DNA of 41,044 bases. Source: a virus. The stretch is from the UHGV virus genome UHGV-0106252; one strand, written 5' to 3'. Shown here in pieces: positions 18,670 through 32,897 of the stretch. Within the stretch, counting starts at the first letter, position 1; every line of letters starts with the position of its first letter. The position numbers and the translations under genes are program-made. A model generated the notes under the pieces. The model made no database searches. It was given only the letters and a program-made list of their open reading frames with translations, and had not been told where the DNA came from.

Positions 18670-20146
18670 TAACCTGAGCGACGAAGAGCAAATCGAGTTG
18701 CTCGAGCTACTCGAAGAAGAAGAGAACTACCGGAACACACACCTGCTATATGAATTTACGCCATACAGCAAGCAGCGTGAGTTCATCGACGCCGGGCATG
18801 ACTATCCAGAGCGATGTTTTATGGCTGGTAACCAGCTTGGTAAGTCATTTACTGGTGCTGCTGAAGTCGCGTTTCACCTTACCGGTCGTTATCCGGGCAC
18901 AAAAGGCTATCCTGCTGATGGTAAATATGGCGGTGAGTGGAAAGGTAAGCGTTTCTATGAGCCTGTTGTCTTCTGGATTGGTGGAGAGACAAACGAGACT
19001 GTAACCAAAACGACTCAACGCATCCTGTGCGGTCGTATCGAAGAGAATGGTGAGCCAGGCTACGGTTCCATACCGAAAGAGGACATCATTAGCTGGAAGA
19101 AGTCTCCTTTCTTTCCGAACCTTGTTGATCATCTTCTGGTTAAGCATCACACGGCTGATGGCGTTGAAGATGGTATTTCAATCTGCTACTTCAAACCATA
19201 CTCGCAAGGCCGTGCTCGCTGGCAGGGTGACACAATCCACGGTGTGTGGTTTGACGAAGAACCACCATACAGCATTTATGGCGAAGGGCTTACCCGTACC
19301 AACAAATACGGGCAATTCTCAATTCTGACGTTTACCCCGCTGATGGGGATGTCTGACGTTGTTACCAAGTTCCTGAAGAATCCCAGCAAGTCGCAGAAAG
19401 TGGTCAACATGACCATCTATGACGCTGAGCACTACACCGACGAGCAGAAAGAGCAAATCATCGCATCCTATCCTGAGCATGAGAGAGAGGCGCGTGCTCG
19501 CGGTATTCCTACGATGGGTAGCGGGCGAATCTTCCAGATACCGGAAGAGACGATTAAGTGTCAGCCGTTCGAGTGCCCTGATCACTTTTACGTAATTGGC
19601 GGTATGGATTTCGGATGGGATCACCCGCAGGCGCAGGTTCAGCTTTGGTGGGATAAGGACGCAGACACAATCTACGTTTCACGCGTGTGGAAGGCGAAAG
19701 AAAAAACAGCCGTTCAGGCGTGGGGAGCCGTTAAATCTTGGGCGCATAAAGTGCCAACCGCATGGCCTCATGACGGAAACCAGCACGAGAAGGGCGGCGG
19801 TGAGCAGCTTAAAGGGCAGTACGCGGACGCTGGTTTTATGATGTTGCAGGAGCATGCGACATGGCCTGATGGCGGTAATGCTGTTGAGCCTGGCATCACT
19901 GAATTGCGCGACATGATGCTCGATGGACGCTTCAAAGTATTCAACACCTGTGAGCCATTCTTTGAGGAGTTCCGCCTCTATCACCGTGATGAAAACGGGA
20001 AGATCGTCAAGCTTAACGATGACGTTCTCTCAGCCGTTCGCTATGCATACATGATGCGCCGCTTCGCAAAAATGATGCGCGACATCAAAAAACCAAAAGA
20101 GAAAAAGATACCAGCCCCAATCAGGCCCATCGCACGGAGAACTTAA
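18647..20146 (+). CDS. Terminase large subunit (P22 gp2 type)
   Basis: 499 aa, ATPase and nuclease domains; GTG start overlapping the small-subunit 3' end. Confidence 0.9.
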   Translation: MELDAILDNLSDEEQIELLELLEEEENYRNTHLLYEFTPYSKQREFIDAGHDYPERCFMAGNQLGKSFTGAAEVAFHLTGRYPGTKGYPADGKYGGEWKGKRFYEPVVFWIGGETNETVTKTTQRILCGRIEENGEPGYGSIPKEDIISWKKSPFFPNLVDHLLVKHHTADGVEDGISICYFKPYSQGRARWQGDTIHGVWFDEEPPYSIYGEGLTRTNKYGQFSILTFTPLMGMSDVVTKFLKNPSKSQKVVNMTIYDAEHYTDEQKEQIIASYPEHEREARARGIPTMGSGRIFQIPEETIKCQPFECPDHFYVIGGMDFGWDHPQAQVQLWWDKDADTIYVSRVWKAKEKTAVQAWGAVKSWAHKVPTAWPHDGNQHEKGGGEQLKGQYADAGFMMLQEHATWPDGGNAVEPGITELRDMMLDGRFKVFNTCEPFFEEFRLYHRDENGKIVKLNDDVLSAVRYAYMMRRFAKMMRDIKKPKEKKIPAPIRPIARRT

Positions 20147-22312
20147 ATGGCCGACGAAAACAGACTCAATTCCATTCTGTGTAAGTTTGACGCAGACTGG
20201 ATGGCGAGCGATGAAGCCAGAACCGAGGCGACAAATGACCTGTATTTTAGCCGAGTGTCGCAATGGGATGACTGGCTATCAAACTACACGACCCTGCAAT
20301 ATCGCGGACAATTCGATGTTGTTCGCCCGGTGGTCAGGAAACTGGTCGCAGAGATGCGCCGGAACCCTATCGACGTTCTCTTCCGACCAAAAGACGGTGC
20401 TAATCCTGATGCAGCCGATGTGTTGATGGGGATGTATCGTACTGATATGCGCCATAACACGGCAAAAATTGCCGTTAACGTTGGCGTTCGTGAGCAGATA
20501 GAGTCAGGCGTTGGTGCATGGCGTCTGGTCACGCAGTACGAAGACAACGATCCAACAAGCAACAATCAGGTAATCCGACGCCTGCCAATCCATGAAGCCT
20601 GCTCACACGTCATATGGGACGCCAACAGCAAGCAGATGGATAAGAGCGACGCTAAGCACTGCACGGTGATTAACGCTTTGTCACGCAATGGCTGGAAAGA
20701 GTTCGCAGAGGATTACGGCATTGATCCTGACACGCTGCCATCTTTCCAGAATCCGAACGATACATGGCTGTTTCCGTGGGTATCGAATGATGTCGTCTAC
20801 GTCGCTGAGTATTACGAGGTAGAAGAGAAGAAGGAGAAAGTCTTCATCTACCGCGACCCGCTGACAGGTGAGCCGGTCAGCTATTTCCAGCAGGATATCA
20901 AAGACGTCATCGACGACCTGGCTAATCGTGGATTCATTAAGGTAGCAGAGCGTAAGGTCAAGCGTCGGCGTGTGTATAAGTCGATCATCACCTGCACGCA
21001 GATACTGAAAGACCGCGAGAAGATAGCTGGAGAGCATATCCCAATCGTTCCTGTGTACGGCGAATGGTCATTCGCTGGTGACAAGGAGTGCTACGAGGGC
21101 GTGGTAAGGCTGACGAAAGACGGTCAACGCCTTCGTAACATGATCATGTCGTTCAACGCCGATATTGTTGCTCGTACACCGAAGAAGAAACCGACCTTCT
21201 TCCCTGAGCAAATCGAAGGCTACGAATACATGTACGGTGGAAATGATGACTATCCGTACTATCTGCAGAACAGGACCGATGAAAACGGTAACGACCTGCC
21301 GATTGGTCCAATCTCCTACATGGAAAACCCTGAAGTGCCGCAAGCCAACGCTTACATGCTTGAGGCTGCCACCAACGCAGTGAAAGAAGTGGCTAGTCTT
21401 GGCGTGGATGCGCAGGCGGCAAATGGTCAGGTCGCTTTCGATACCGTCAATCAACTGAACATGCGGGCAGACCTTGAGACATACGTGTTTCAGGATAACC
21501 TGGCTACCGCAATGCGACGTGATGGCGAGATTTATGCCTCAATGGTCAACGATATTTATGACGTTCCTCGTCATGTAACGCTGACACTTGAAGATGGAAG
21601 CGAGAAAGACGTTCAACTCTACGCGCAAGTTGTAGATTACCAGTCCGGTAATGTGGTCACACTCAACGACATTCGCGGTCGCTATGAGTGCTATACAGAC
21701 GTTGGGCCATCCTTCCAGAGCATGAAGGAACAGAACCGCGCAGAGATTCAGGAATTGCTCACTAAGGTTCCGCAAGGTACTCCAGAGTTCCAGATGCTGA
21801 TGCTGCAATACTTCACGCTGCTTGACGGTAAAGGCGTCGAGATGATGCGAGAGTACGCTAACAAGCAACTGGTGATGATGGGGCTGAAGAAACCAGAAAC
21901 ACCTGAAGAGATGGAGATGGTACAGCAGGCTCAACAGCAGCCGCAGCAGCCATCAGCAGAGCAAATTCAGGCGCAGGGTATCCTTCTGCAAGGTCAGGCT
22001 GAATTGCTCAAGGCAGAGAACCAACAGGCGCAGATTCAGGTTGAGGCCGCCAAGGTTGAAGCCCAAAACCAACTCAACGCCGCGAAGATTGCGGAAATCT
22101 TCAACAATATGGACCTCGACAAGCAGGCAGAACTGCGTGAGTACCTCAAGCTCGTAGGTCAATTCCAGCAACAGCGCAGCAAAGATGCTCGTGCTAACGC
22201 TGAGCTGCTTCTTAAAGATGCAGACCAGACTCATTCACAACGCATGGATTTCGCGAATCTTATGCGTCAAGTTCAAATCCCCTCCGGCGGAGTAGCCGAG
22301 ACACCTCAATAA
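20147..22312 (+). CDS. Portal protein (P22 gp1 type)
   Basis: 721 aa, strong resemblance to P22 portal including the Gln-rich C-terminal barrel region. Confidence 0.95.
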   Translation: MADENRLNSILCKFDADWMASDEARTEATNDLYFSRVSQWDDWLSNYTTLQYRGQFDVVRPVVRKLVAEMRRNPIDVLFRPKDGANPDAADVLMGMYRTDMRHNTAKIAVNVGVREQIESGVGAWRLVTQYEDNDPTSNNQVIRRLPIHEACSHVIWDANSKQMDKSDAKHCTVINALSRNGWKEFAEDYGIDPDTLPSFQNPNDTWLFPWVSNDVVYVAEYYEVEEKKEKVFIYRDPLTGEPVSYFQQDIKDVIDDLANRGFIKVAERKVKRRRVYKSIITCTQILKDREKIAGEHIPIVPVYGEWSFAGDKECYEGVVRLTKDGQRLRNMIMSFNADIVARTPKKKPTFFPEQIEGYEYMYGGNDDYPYYLQNRTDENGNDLPIGPISYMENPEVPQANAYMLEAATNAVKEVASLGVDAQAANGQVAFDTVNQLNMRADLETYVFQDNLATAMRRDGEIYASMVNDIYDVPRHVTLTLEDGSEKDVQLYAQVVDYQSGNVVTLNDIRGRYECYTDVGPSFQSMKEQNRAEIQELLTKVPQGTPEFQMLMLQYFTLLDGKGVEMMREYANKQLVMMGLKKPETPEEMEMVQQAQQQPQQPSAEQIQAQGILLQGQAELLKAENQQAQIQVEAAKVEAQNQLNAAKIAEIFNNMDLDKQAELREYLKLVGQFQQQRSKDARANAELLLKDADQTHSQRMDFANLMRQVQIPSGGVAETPQ

Positions 22313-22325
22313 GAGAGAGTTAACC

Positions 22326-23237
22326 ATGGACCAAACCACCGACATTCAGGCTTCTGAAGAATTAACCCTGCCCGGAAATCATGCAGCGGCATCTGCTGAT
22401 GGCTTAGTTGTCGATAATGCCAACGACATCGCAGGTCAGGAAGAAGGCTTCGAGATTGTCCTGAAAGACGATGAGAAACCAAAACAAGACCCGGCAACTA
22501 ATGCTGAATTTGCCCGTCGCCGCATCGAACGCAAACGCCAGCGTGAGCTTGAGCAGCAGATGGAAGCGGTTAAGCGTGGAGAGTTGCCGGAGCACCTGCG
22601 GGTGAACCCTGAGTTACCAAAACAACCAGACCCTAACGATTATCTTTCCGAAGATGCGCTGGCTAAGTACGACTATGACCAGAGCCGCGCACTGGCTGCC
22701 TTCCAGCAGGCAAACAGTGAATGGCAGATCAAGGCTATGGACGCACGAAGCCAGGCTGTCGCCGAGCAGGGTCGCAAAACTCAGGAGTTCACCCAGCAAT
22801 CAGCGCAATACGTCGAGGCAGCCCGTAAGCACTACGACGCAGCGGAAAAGCTCAATATCCCTGACTATCAGGAGAAAGAGGATGCATTCATGCAACTGGT
22901 GCCGCCAGCAGTCGGTGCCGACATCATGCTCCTCTTCCCGGAGAAATCCGCCGCTCTCATGTATCACCTTGGTGCTAATCCTGAGAAAACACGCCAGTTG
23001 CTGGCGATGGACGGGCAATCCGCGCTGATTGAACTCACTCGACTGTCAGAACGTTTAACTCTCAAGCCTCGAGCCAAACCTGTTTCAGAAGCCCCGCTAC
23101 CTGATGAACCCATTCAGGGACACGCTGTTGCTGCAAATATATCTGCGATTGAAAAGCAGATGGAAGCGGCAGCAAACAAAGGGGATGTAGAGACGTACCG
23201 CAAGCTCAAGGCGCAACTGAATAAAGGAATTCGATAA
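22326..23237 (+). CDS. Scaffolding protein (P22 gp8 type)
   Basis: 303 aa, close to P22 gp8. Confidence 0.9.
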   Translation: MDQTTDIQASEELTLPGNHAAASADGLVVDNANDIAGQEEGFEIVLKDDEKPKQDPATNAEFARRRIERKRQRELEQQMEAVKRGELPEHLRVNPELPKQPDPNDYLSEDALAKYDYDQSRALAAFQQANSEWQIKAMDARSQAVAEQGRKTQEFTQQSAQYVEAARKHYDAAEKLNIPDYQEKEDAFMQLVPPAVGADIMLLFPEKSAALMYHLGANPEKTRQLLAMDGQSALIELTRLSERLTLKPRAKPVSEAPLPDEPIQGHAVAANISAIEKQMEAAANKGDVETYRKLKAQLNKGIR

Positions 23238-24532
23238 TGGCATTAAATGAAGGTCAACTGGTCACGTATGCTCTGGATGAAATCATCGAAACCGTCCAGA
23301 ACCTGACGCCAATGGCGTCCAAAGTGACAAAATACACCCCTCCGGCAGAATCCATGCAACGTTCAAGCAACACCGTGTGGATGCCTGTTGAGCAGGAAGC
23401 GCCAACTCAGACTGGCTGGGATTTAACTGGCAACGCTACTGGGATTCTGGAACTCTCCGTGAAATGCAACATGGGTGATCCGGATAACGATTTCTTCGAG
23501 CTTCGTGCAGATGACCTGCGTGATGAGCGTTCTTACCGTCGCCGCATCCAGGCATCTGCCAAAAAACTGGCGAATAACATTGAGTCAGCGATTGCCAAAC
23601 AGGCAACTGAAATGGGCTCACTTGTTGTTCACGATACCCGCGCAATTGGTCCATCTACTGGCCTGTCTGGCTGGGATTTTGTGTCTGATGCAGAGCGCCT
23701 GATGTTCTCCCGCGAACTCAACCGCGACATGGGCATCAGTTACTTCCTGAACCCTGACGATTACCGCAAAGCAGGCCGCAACCTGGTAGATGGTGACATC
23801 TTTGGGCGCGTTCCTGAAGAAGCTTATCGCAACGGTACTATTCAGCGTCAGATTGCTGGCTTTGATGAAATTCTTCGCTCACCGAAACTTCCTGCAGTTA
23901 CCAAGTCAACCGCTACTGGTGTAACTGTTTCTGGTGCGCAGAAGTTTAAGCCGCAGGCATACACCCTTGATACTGATGGTAACAAAGAGAACGTCGACAA
24001 CCGTGTTGCAACGGTGACCGTATCCTCCACCACCGGATTTAAGCGCGGCGACAAAATCAGCTTCACTGGTGTGAAATTCCTATCTCAGATGGCGAAGAAC
24101 GTGCTGACTGATGATGCGACTTTCTCAATCACCCGTGTGATCGATGGTACTCACATCGAAATCACGCCGAAACCGATTGCACTGGATGACGCGTCACTGA
24201 CAAAAGAAGAGAAGGCTTACGCTAATGTAAACACATCTCTTGCTGATACCACTCCGGTAAACGTTCTGAACGTGGCAACAACCACCGCTAACGTGTTCTG
24301 GGCTGATGACTCAATCCGCCTACTGTCTCAGCCGATCCCGGTAACCCATGAACTGTTTGCGGGCATGAAAACTTCTTCCTTCAGCATTCCTGGCATTGGT
24401 GTTAACGGCATCTTCGCAACGCAGGGTGATATCAACACTCTGTCTGGTAAGTGCCGTATTGCTGTGTGGTATTCAGCATGTGCTGTACGACCAGAGGCAA
24501 TTGGTGTTGGTCTGCCTAACCAGACTGCGTGA
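23237..24532 (+). CDS. Major capsid (coat) protein (P22 gp5 type)
   Basis: 431 aa, MALNEGQ... close to P22 coat protein. Confidence 0.95.
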   Translation: MALNEGQLVTYALDEIIETVQNLTPMASKVTKYTPPAESMQRSSNTVWMPVEQEAPTQTGWDLTGNATGILELSVKCNMGDPDNDFFELRADDLRDERSYRRRIQASAKKLANNIESAIAKQATEMGSLVVHDTRAIGPSTGLSGWDFVSDAERLMFSRELNRDMGISYFLNPDDYRKAGRNLVDGDIFGRVPEEAYRNGTIQRQIAGFDEILRSPKLPAVTKSTATGVTVSGAQKFKPQAYTLDTDGNKENVDNRVATVTVSSTTGFKRGDKISFTGVKFLSQMAKNVLTDDATFSITRVIDGTHIEITPKPIALDDASLTKEEKAYANVNTSLADTTPVNVLNVATTTANVFWADDSIRLLSQPIPVTHELFAGMKTSSFSIPGIGVNGIFATQGDINTLSGKCRIAVWYSACAVRPEAIGVGLPNQTA

Positions 24533-24540
24533 TAACCAGA

Positions 24541-24564
24541 GGGAGCTTCGGCTCCCTTTTTTAT
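24541..24564 (+). terminator. Rho-independent terminator after the coat gene
   Basis: GGGAGC-TTCG-GCTCCC hairpin followed by T6. Confidence 0.75.
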
Positions 24565-24576
24565 CTGGAGACAAGC

Positions 24577-24826
<250 letters not shown>

Positions 24827-24849
<23 letters not shown>

Positions 24850-25327
24850 TTTAGTCCTTGCAGCATTACGTAAGCTCGGTGTGGCATCAAATGCCACGTT
24901 AACCGATGTCGAACCGCAGTCTATGGAAGACGGCGTCAACGACCTTGAAATGATGATGGCTGAATGGCTTGGCGGTGATGTGTCACCTGGTATCAGCGTT
25001 GGCTACATTTTCGCTGATGCAGATGTCGCTCCAGATCCGGGCGATGAGCACGGTTTATCAAATAACGCTATCAATGCTGTTATTTTCAACCTTGCCTGCC
25101 GCATTGCACCGGATTATGCGCTGGAAGCGCCTGCAAAACTTATAACCACTGCCAGATACGGGAAAGAGCGACTCGTCAAACTGTCTGCAATGGACAGAGC
25201 AAAAGCCGCTAAATGTAAGTCCGGTTATCCAAACCGTATGCCTGTTGGTAGTGGTAACCAGTTGGCGAAGTGGAACGGTTGGAATTACTTCCACCGGAAG
25301 GAACCTTGCGATAACGGGAGCGAATAA
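24827..25327 (+). CDS. Head-completion / tail-adaptor protein (P22 gp4 type)
   Basis: [33 protein letters not shown]... parallels P22 gp4 (166 aa). The ORF-track start at 24716 is a repeat-driven extension. Confidence 0.85.
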
Positions 25328-26746
25328 ATGCCGATTCAGCAACTTCCGCTTATGAAAGGTGTCGGCAAAGACTTTCGAAACGCCGACTATATCGACTATC
25401 TGCCAGTGAATATGCTGGCTACACCCAAAGAAATCCTGAACAGCAGCGGATATCTTCGCTCATTCCCGGGCATTGCCAAACGTTCTGATGTGAACGGTGT
25501 ATCGCGCGGAGTCGAGTACAACATGGCGCAGAATGCTGTTTATCGCGTTTGCGGTGGCAAGTTGTATAAGGGTGAAAGCGAAGTCGGTGACGTCGCCGGA
25601 AGTGGTCGTGTATCAATGGCGCATGGTAGGACATCACAGGCGGTAGGCGTTAATGGTCAACTGGTCGAATACCGCTATGATGGCACGGTTAAAACCGTCT
25701 CAAACTGGCCTACTGACAGCGGATTCACACAGTACGAGTTAGGTTCAGTTCGCGACATTACGCGCTTACGTGGGCGTTATGCGTGGTCAAAAGACGGTAC
25801 TGATTCATGGTTTATCACTGACCTTGAAGACGAATCGCACCCTGACCGATACAGCGCACAATATCGCGCAGAATCGCAGCCGGACGGTATCATCGGCATC
25901 GGAACATGGCGAGACTTCATCGTCTGCTTTGGTTCATCGACGATTGAATATTTCTCCCTGACTGGCGCAACCACCGTTGGTGCTGCTTTGTATGTCGCAC
26001 AGCCATCGCTGATGGTGCAGAAAGGCATTGCCGGAACCTACTGCAAAACGCAGTTTGCTGATTCGTATGCGTTCATCAGCAATCCGGCAACAGGTGCGCC
26101 GTCTGTGTATATCATCGGCTCCGGGCAGGTGTCACCAATCGCCAGCGCGAGCATTGAGAAAATCCTCCGCTCCTACACTGCTGATGAACTGGCTGATGGC
26201 GTGATGGAATCGTTGCGCTTTGATGCTCATGAGCTGCTGATTATCCATCTTCCGCGCCATGTTCTGGTGTACGACGCATCTTCAAGCGCCAATGCTCCGC
26301 AATGGTGTGTACTGAAAACAGGCCTGTATGACGATGTGTACCGCGCCATTGACTTCATTTACGAAGGCAATCAGATAACGTGCGGCGATAAGCTGGAGTC
26401 CGTGACCGGGAAATTGCAGTTCGATATCAGCAGCCAGTATGGGCTACAGCAAGAACACCTGCTGTTTACTCCACTCTTCAAAGCAGATAACGCCAGATGC
26501 TTTGATCTGGAGGTGGAATCATCGACGGGTGTTGCTCAGTACGCCGACCGCCTGTTCCTCTCGGCAACCACTGATGGCATCAATTACTGTCGTGAGCAGA
26601 TGATTGAGCAGAATGAACCGTTCGTTTACGACAAACGCGTTTTGTGGAAGCGAGTAGGGCGCATCAGGAAAAATGTTGGCTTCAAATTGCGCGTTATCAC
26701 TAAGTCACCTGTCACTCTGTCTGGCTGCCAGATAAGGATTGAGTAA
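25328..26746 (+). CDS. Tail hub / head-completion protein (P22 gp10 type)
   Basis: 472 aa, same length and position as P22 gp10. Confidence 0.85.
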   Translation: MPIQQLPLMKGVGKDFRNADYIDYLPVNMLATPKEILNSSGYLRSFPGIAKRSDVNGVSRGVEYNMAQNAVYRVCGGKLYKGESEVGDVAGSGRVSMAHGRTSQAVGVNGQLVEYRYDGTVKTVSNWPTDSGFTQYELGSVRDITRLRGRYAWSKDGTDSWFITDLEDESHPDRYSAQYRAESQPDGIIGIGTWRDFIVCFGSSTIEYFSLTGATTVGAALYVAQPSLMVQKGIAGTYCKTQFADSYAFISNPATGAPSVYIIGSGQVSPIASASIEKILRSYTADELADGVMESLRFDAHELLIIHLPRHVLVYDASSSANAPQWCVLKTGLYDDVYRAIDFIYEGNQITCGDKLESVTGKLQFDISSQYGLQQEHLLFTPLFKADNARCFDLEVESSTGVAQYADRLFLSATTDGINYCREQMIEQNEPFVYDKRVLWKRVGRIRKNVGFKLRVITKSPVTLSGCQIRIE

Positions 26747-27699
26747 TGGCGGATTCGAATCTCAATGTGCCGGTAATCATCCAAGCTACGCGGCTCGATA
26801 CATCAGTTCTTCCACGCAATATCTTCTCGCAGTCGTATCTGCTTTACGTTATCGCACAGGGCACTGATGTTGGTAACGTGGCTAACAAGGCCAACGAAGC
26901 AGGGAAGGGGGCTTATGATGCACAGGTGAAGAATGATGAGCAGGATGTCACCCTTGCAGACCATGAATCCAGAATTGAAGCTGCTGAAGCAACTCTCGTC
27001 AATCATGAACATAGAATTGCAGCAGCGGAAAGCACTCTTGCAGATCATGAAACAAGGATTACGGCTGCTGAAACAGAGCTGGCTGATCACGAGACGCGAA
27101 TTGCTGCCAATGAATCTGAGTTAGCAAACCATGATGCGCGCATAACTCAGAATACAACCGATATCGACGCACTTGATACCAGGCTCACAGCGGCAGAAGG
27201 AAGTATTTCGACGCTACAAAGCACAGTTGGTGATCACTCAACAAGAATATCTGCGCTTGAGTATGCCACCACGCGCAAGAAATCAGAGGTTGTTTACTCA
27301 GGAGTATCTGTAACCATCCCGACAGCGCCGACTAACCTTGTTAGCCTGCTGAAAACGCTCACGCCGTCATCCGGAACGTTGGCACCATTCTTCGACACCG
27401 TTAACAACAAGATGGTTGTGTTCAACGAGAACAAAACCTTGTTCTTCAAGCTGTCGATCGTCGGGACGTGGCCCAGCGGAACCGCTAACAGATCAATGCA
27501 GCTAACCTTTTCCGGCTCTGTTCCTGACACACTGGTTAGCAGTCGTAATGCGGCGACAACAACCGACAACATCCTGTTAGCTACGTTCTTCAGCGTGGAT
27601 AAAGACGGATTTCTTGCCACAAATGGCAGCACGTTAACCATTCAGTCAAATGGTGCGGCGTTTACTGCCACAACCATCAAGATAATCGCGGAGCAGTGA
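26746..27699 (+). CDS. Tail needle (P22 gp26 type) with extended C-terminal knob
   Basis: N-terminal plug domain, His-containing heptad coiled coil, then about 100 extra C-terminal residues versus P22 gp26. Confidence 0.75.
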   Translation: MADSNLNVPVIIQATRLDTSVLPRNIFSQSYLLYVIAQGTDVGNVANKANEAGKGAYDAQVKNDEQDVTLADHESRIEAAEATLVNHEHRIAAAESTLADHETRITAAETELADHETRIAANESELANHDARITQNTTDIDALDTRLTAAEGSISTLQSTVGDHSTRISALEYATTRKKSEVVYSGVSVTIPTAPTNLVSLLKTLTPSSGTLAPFFDTVNNKMVVFNENKTLFFKLSIVGTWPSGTANRSMQLTFSGSVPDTLVSSRNAATTTDNILLATFFSVDKDGFLATNGSTLTIQSNGAAFTATTIKIIAEQ

Positions 27700-28154
27700 T
27701 GATTCAGTTCAAACCAACGCGAAACATCGACCTGATCGAAGCAGTCGGAAATCACCCTGACATTATTGCCGGGAGCAACAACGGTGATGGATACGACTAC
27801 AAACCTGATTGCCGTTACTTTGAGGTGAACGTGCACGGGCAGTTCGGCGGCATTGTTTACTATCAGGAGATTCAGCCGCTTACATTCGATTGCCACGCCA
27901 TGTACCTGCCAGAGATTCGTGGCTTCAGCAAGGAAATCGGGCTGGCGTTCTGGCGATACATTCTGACTAACACCACTGTTCAGTGCGTCACATCGTTCGC
28001 TGCACGCAAATTCCGCCACGGTCAGATGTACTGCGCAATGATTGGCCTTAAGCGTGTAGGAACCATCAAGAAATACTTCAAAGGCGTTGATGACGTGACG
28101 TTTTACAGCGCCACACGCGAAGAACTAATCGACTTCCTGAATCACGGGAGATAG
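27699..28154 (+). CDS. P22 gp14-like protein
   Basis: Position between tail needle and ejection proteins; ATGA overlap with the tail-needle stop. Confidence 0.55.
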   Translation: MIQFKPTRNIDLIEAVGNHPDIIAGSNNGDGYDYKPDCRYFEVNVHGQFGGIVYYQEIQPLTFDCHAMYLPEIRGFSKEIGLAFWRYILTNTTVQCVTSFAARKFRHGQMYCAMIGLKRVGTIKKYFKGVDDVTFYSATREELIDFLNHGR

Positions 28155-28156
28155 CC

Positions 28157-28849
28157 ATGTTATATGCATTTAAGCTGGGCAGAAAACTGCGCGGCGAGGA
28201 ACCTTATTGCCCTGAAAAAGGCGGGAAAGGTGGCAGTTCTGATAAAAGTGCAAAGTATGCCGCAGAAGCTCAGAAGTATGCCGCAGACCTGCAAAATCAA
28301 CAGTGGCAGACGATCATGAAAAACCTTGCTCCGTTCACGCCGCTTGCGGAGCAGTATGTTAACCAGCTTCAGAATCTTTCCAGTTTAGAAGGACAGGGGC
28401 AGGCACTTAATCAGTATTACAACTCTCAGCAGTATAAAGACCTTGCAGGTCAGGCGCGTTACCAGAGTCTTGCTGCTGCGGAGGCGACGGGTGGACTTGG
28501 CTCGACAGCCACAAGCAATCAACTGGCCACGATTGCCCCGACTCTCGGTCAGTCGTGGTTGTCGAACCAGATGAGCAACTACAACAATCTGGCAAACATT
28601 GGCCTTGGTGCTCTGCAAGGTCAGGCAAACGCCGGGCAGACGTACGCCAACAACATGAGCAGCATTGCACAGCAAAGCGCAGCTCTTGCCGCTGCTAATG
28701 CCAATAAACCATCAAGTCTTCAGACTGCAATTAGCGGTGGCACGTCTGGTGCGATTGCAGGTGCAGGTCTTGCCAGCCTTTTGGGAACATCAACACCTTG
28801 GGGCGCTGGCATTGGTGCTGGTATCGGATTGCTTGGCTCGTTGTTTTAA
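28157..28849 (+). CDS. Ejection protein (P22 gp7 type)
   Basis: 230 aa, Gln/Ala-rich with Gly-rich hydrophobic C-terminus; position. Confidence 0.75.
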   Translation: MLYAFKLGRKLRGEEPYCPEKGGKGGSSDKSAKYAAEAQKYAADLQNQQWQTIMKNLAPFTPLAEQYVNQLQNLSSLEGQGQALNQYYNSQQYKDLAGQARYQSLAAAEATGGLGSTATSNQLATIAPTLGQSWLSNQMSNYNNLANIGLGALQGQANAGQTYANNMSSIAQQSAALAAANANKPSSLQTAISGGTSGAIAGAGLASLLGTSTPWGAGIGAGIGLLGSLF

Positions 28850-28858
28850 GGGGTAATC

Positions 28859-30325
28859 ATGGCTACTTGGCAAGGATCAAATGGTGGATTGTTAGCTGGT
28901 ATCGGCGGCGTCAACTCAAACGCTCCGAGCGTAAATGACATCGGCAATACGCTTCAGCTTATCAGGCAGAACAATGATATTGAGCGTTCAGGCGCTAACA
29001 ATGTTGGGCTGACTGCTTTGCAAGGTCTTTCAGGTATTGCAGGGGTGTTTCAGCAGGAAAAGCAGGCTCAGCGGCAGAAAGAATTTCAGCAGGCGTACGC
29101 TAATGCTTATGCGTCTGGTGATCGCGGTGCTTTGCGTCAGTTGGCTACTCAATATCCAGACCAGATTGAATCCGTTCGTAAAGGCATGGGATTCATTGAT
29201 GAAGATCAGCGTAATTCTATCGGCACCTTAGCGGCTGGCGCACGCCTTGCGTCATCGTCTCCAGAAGCAATGCAATCATGGCTGCAAAACAACGCCAATG
29301 AGCTGGCGCGCGTCGGTGTTGACCCTAATAACGTTGCTCAGATGTATCAGCAGAATCCTTCAGGATTTGGTGAGTTTGTTGATCACCTTGGAATGGCCGC
29401 GCTTGGTCCGATTGATTACTTCAATGTTCAGGATAAGATGGCTGGTCGTGAAATTGACCGAGGCAGGCTGGCAGAGACAATCCGCAGCAATCAGGCCAGC
29501 GAAGCACTTCAGGCGAGAGGGCAGGATATTAGCCGAGCAAATGCGTTAACGTCAGCATATGCACCAACAGCCGCAATGCAGAATTACAATCAGTACGCGC
29601 AAATGTTAAAGGCGGATCCAGATGGTGCAGCAGCATTTGCGGCAGCGGCGGGAATTAATCCCAATGCTAAGAAATTACTTAAGGTTGAAACCAATCCTGA
29701 TGGCTCGGTAACTAAGTATTACACCGATGGCAGCGAGGAAGCCGGAAAACTAAACCAACCTATATCTGGTGATGGCATTAAACCAATTAGCTTGCCACAA
29801 GCGCAAAGCATCATAGATAAGGCTAATGAGGGTTCCAAGAAGGCGGCAGGATTTGCTTTGCGATTAAAAGATTCAATGGACTCAATGAATCAGCTTAGTA
29901 AAAGCATTGACCCTAAGCGAGTTGCATTAATAAATCGCTCTCTTGGTGATGGGACTATTGCAAATTTAAGCCTATCACCAGCGGAGCAGCAATATATGGT
30001 AAATGCGAGAGACGCCTTGTATGCAATTTTGCGCCCAGAAACAGGTGCAGCAATTACTCTGCCAGAGATGCAGGAGTATTCCAAAATGTACCTGCCTCAG
30101 CCCGGTGATTCCAAGGCTGCTACTGAAACAAAAATGCGAAAAATGCAGGGCCAATATAACTCGTTACGTGGTCAGTCTGGTCGCGTTTATGATGCTTTGG
30201 TGGTTTCAAGTGCTGCAAATAGTCAACAACAGAGCAATAGCCAACAACCGACAAATACCCAACCGCAGCAGAGTCAATCCGGATCATATACCTCAAAATC
30301 AGGCATTCAATTTACGGTGGAATGA
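28859..30325 (+). CDS. Ejection protein (P22 gp20 type)
   Basis: 488 aa, position and composition. Confidence 0.75.
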   Translation: MATWQGSNGGLLAGIGGVNSNAPSVNDIGNTLQLIRQNNDIERSGANNVGLTALQGLSGIAGVFQQEKQAQRQKEFQQAYANAYASGDRGALRQLATQYPDQIESVRKGMGFIDEDQRNSIGTLAAGARLASSSPEAMQSWLQNNANELARVGVDPNNVAQMYQQNPSGFGEFVDHLGMAALGPIDYFNVQDKMAGREIDRGRLAETIRSNQASEALQARGQDISRANALTSAYAPTAAMQNYNQYAQMLKADPDGAAAFAAAAGINPNAKKLLKVETNPDGSVTKYYTDGSEEAGKLNQPISGDGIKPISLPQAQSIIDKANEGSKKAAGFALRLKDSMDSMNQLSKSIDPKRVALINRSLGDGTIANLSLSPAEQQYMVNARDALYAILRPETGAAITLPEMQEYSKMYLPQPGDSKAATETKMRKMQGQYNSLRGQSGRVYDALVVSSAANSQQQSNSQQPTNTQPQQSQSGSYTSKSGIQFTVE

Positions 30326-32163
30326 TGAAAGTAACTGCAAACGGTAAGACATTTACCTTTCCTGATGGTACGAGCACCGAAGATATTGGCACCGCCATTG
30401 ATGAGTATTTTGCTGGTCAGGCTGTTCAGCAACAAACAGTTAATCAGGCCAATAATGCACCAACACAGGAAGAACCATCATTGATGCAACAAGCTGGCGA
30501 TTGGCTCACAGGTGGTCAAAGTGCAGGGCAAATTGCAGAGCAGGCTGGTCGTGGTCTGGTAAACATACCATTTGACGTATTGCAGGGTGGCGCAAGTCTG
30601 ATTAATGCAATCAGCCAGGGTCTTGGTGGTCCCAAGGTTTTGGATGATGTTTATCGCCCTGTCGATCGACCGACAGACCCTTATGCGCAAGCTGGAGAAA
30701 CAATTGGCGGGTATTTAGTTCCAGGAGTTGGAACGGCAGGAAGCATGGCTATTGGATCACTGGCAGAAGCCGCAAACCAGAAAGGTGATTTCGCGCAAAA
30801 TGCAGCCATAAATGCCGGAGTTAACCTTGCCGCTCAGGGTGTTCTTTCCGCAGCAGCAAAGGGAATAGGGCGTGGAATAACGGCTATAAAAGGCGATATC
30901 GCGCCAGAAGTAGCGAAAAAAATTGCCACCTCAGAATCAATGGGTGTGACACCAATGACATCTGATGTTATCCCGCCGAAAAATGCTTTCACTCGCGGCC
31001 TTACTCAGGATGCCGAGGGGGCTTTGCTCGGGACAGGCTCAAAGCGAGCGGAGCAATATGCAACGCGTAGTAAGCTGGTAAGCAATTATTTTGACCGTTT
31101 TGGTGAGTACAACCCTGATGATGTGGTGAAATCTCTGACCACCACGTTAAGGGGGCGAAAGGATGCTGCTGGCGCTGTTATCAATGACGTCACCAATAAA
31201 ATGGGTAATGCCGCAGTTGATACCACAAATACCATGAATGCTCTGAATACAGCGATCGCAAGACAGGAACGGCTTGGGACTTCAGCCAATCAAAGCCTGC
31301 TTACATCCTTGCGTAACCTACGTGAAGAATTAGCAAACCCTGCAACTGATTTGGATGTTACGTTTGATCTATTGCGTCAGCACAGAACAGCATTTAGATC
31401 TAATGTTCAGGGAGATGCTATGGTCTTCCCCAACCAGGCAAAAGCAGCTACCAATATGGTAGAGAATGCAATGTCAAAAGACCTTCGTAACGCAGTTGCA
31501 AAAAACCTCGGTGCGTCAGACGCAGCAAAATACCTTAAAGCAAATTCCGATTATGCAAACGTTTATAATAAGGTGCTTAATAAAAACATTGCTAACAAGC
31601 TCAACAAGGCAAACAGTGAAGCCAGTCCTGAACTTATAAATACCGTTGTATTAAGCAGAAAACCATCTGACGTGAAACGAATCTGGAGCGCATTGGATGA
31701 TAAAGGGAAAGATGCTATGCGTGCAGCTTACGTCAGCAAAATAGCGGAAAAGGCCGGTGACTCTCCAGCCAAGTTCATCACGGAAGTTAATAAGCTGAAA
31801 TCTCAGTCAGGCGGTGAAATTTACAACACTATTTTTTCTGGAAAGCACATGAAAGAACTTGATGCTCTTCATGAAGTTCTACAGCAAACAGCAAGATCAG
31901 ACACCGCAAATGTAGTAACTCAGACGGGGCAATCTCAAGCCAACAGGATAAGGACGATTGGCGCAACTGCGACTCTTGGCGTATCAATGGGGCTTGAGGC
32001 TGGTTTCGGTGCAATGATGCGTTTGTATGAGTCCAAAGCAGCAAGGAATGCGCTCTTACGTCTGGCAAACACTAAAGCTGGAACGCCAGCTTATGAAAGA
32101 GCGCTAAATCAGGCTGCTACTGCCGTGCGCCCGCTCTTAGCTAACGAAGCGACCCGGCAGTAG
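30322..32163 (+). CDS. Ejection protein (P22 gp16 type)
   Basis: 613 aa, position and composition. Confidence 0.75.
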   Translation: MMKVTANGKTFTFPDGTSTEDIGTAIDEYFAGQAVQQQTVNQANNAPTQEEPSLMQQAGDWLTGGQSAGQIAEQAGRGLVNIPFDVLQGGASLINAISQGLGGPKVLDDVYRPVDRPTDPYAQAGETIGGYLVPGVGTAGSMAIGSLAEAANQKGDFAQNAAINAGVNLAAQGVLSAAAKGIGRGITAIKGDIAPEVAKKIATSESMGVTPMTSDVIPPKNAFTRGLTQDAEGALLGTGSKRAEQYATRSKLVSNYFDRFGEYNPDDVVKSLTTTLRGRKDAAGAVINDVTNKMGNAAVDTTNTMNALNTAIARQERLGTSANQSLLTSLRNLREELANPATDLDVTFDLLRQHRTAFRSNVQGDAMVFPNQAKAATNMVENAMSKDLRNAVAKNLGASDAAKYLKANSDYANVYNKVLNKNIANKLNKANSEASPELINTVVLSRKPSDVKRIWSALDDKGKDAMRAAYVSKIAEKAGDSPAKFITEVNKLKSQSGGEIYNTIFSGKHMKELDALHEVLQQTARSDTANVVTQTGQSQANRIRTIGATATLGVSMGLEAGFGAMMRLYESKAARNALLRLANTKAGTPAYERALNQAATAVRPLLANEATRQ

Positions 32164-32185
32164 CACTGTAAGCCAAGGACGGCAT

Positions 32186-32752
32186 TTATTTTATAGTTTT
32201 TATGAATTCTTTATTAAATCCCTTAGCTTCTCCGGGATATCTTCCAAAGACAATTTTTATAAAAACAGAAAAAATAAAGATAGCAACGCTTAACAACAGT
32301 TGCAGTATCATTGGAACCCAAAGAACTACAGGCTCTATATTCATGAAACCAAATATTCTTCCGGCGATCATGGCGAAGTACCACACTGTTATCAGCAAAC
32401 TTAGTGGCATATGAATTACTGATATTACCAATCCAAGAGCATCAGTAATTCTATTTTCAAATTTTTCAGGGGAAAACTTTTCTTTAAGGTAATTCAGTGC
32501 GCAGGCCTCATTCTCTGGATTTTCAGCATTTTTCCCTATAGCAATAGAAATCTCAGATATCCTTGATTCAATTCTTTTGCGTTTAATAAAACTAGAAAAA
32601 AAGAACCACGCAATCTGCAACCCTATCCCCATAAATAGAGTTGCGGCAACTAGCACAGCGTAACTCATAGAATCAGACACACCAACCTCTTTAGTTTTTC
32701 TAGTTACTTTGTCACGATAGGATATGCGAATTGATAAAACTAAATTGCGCAC
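32186..32752 (-). CDS. Integral membrane protein, SieA-like by position
   Basis: Three predicted TM segments; AT-rich; convergent with gp16 where P22 carries sieA. Start uncertain (GTG at 32752 or ATG at 32668). Confidence 0.5.
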   Translation of the reverse strand: MRNLVLSIRISYRDKVTRKTKEVGVSDSMSYAVLVAATLFMGIGLQIAWFFFSSFIKRKRIESRISEISIAIGKNAENPENEACALNYLKEKFSPEKFENRITDALGLVISVIHMPLSLLITVWYFAMIAGRIFGFMNIEPVVLWVPMILQLLLSVAIFIFSVFIKIVFGRYPGEAKGFNKEFIKTIK

Positions 32753-32897
32753 ATGATAACTCAGTAATAATTGTTAATGAAAACATGATCACCTATATTG
32801 CACAAGGCGAAACAGGAAGCATAATCTGGTTTCATGAGTGTGATCACGTTTGGGTAAATCAAAGTCAAGAGGAAATACTTGAAATTATCAAAAATAA

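Noticed and set aside
18750-22234. Numerous ORFs on either strand inside the terminase and portal genes (for example 18845-19150, 19319-19624, 20681-21037, 21539-21934)
   Set aside because: Embedded in or antisense to long genes with strong family resemblance; typical shadow ORFs.
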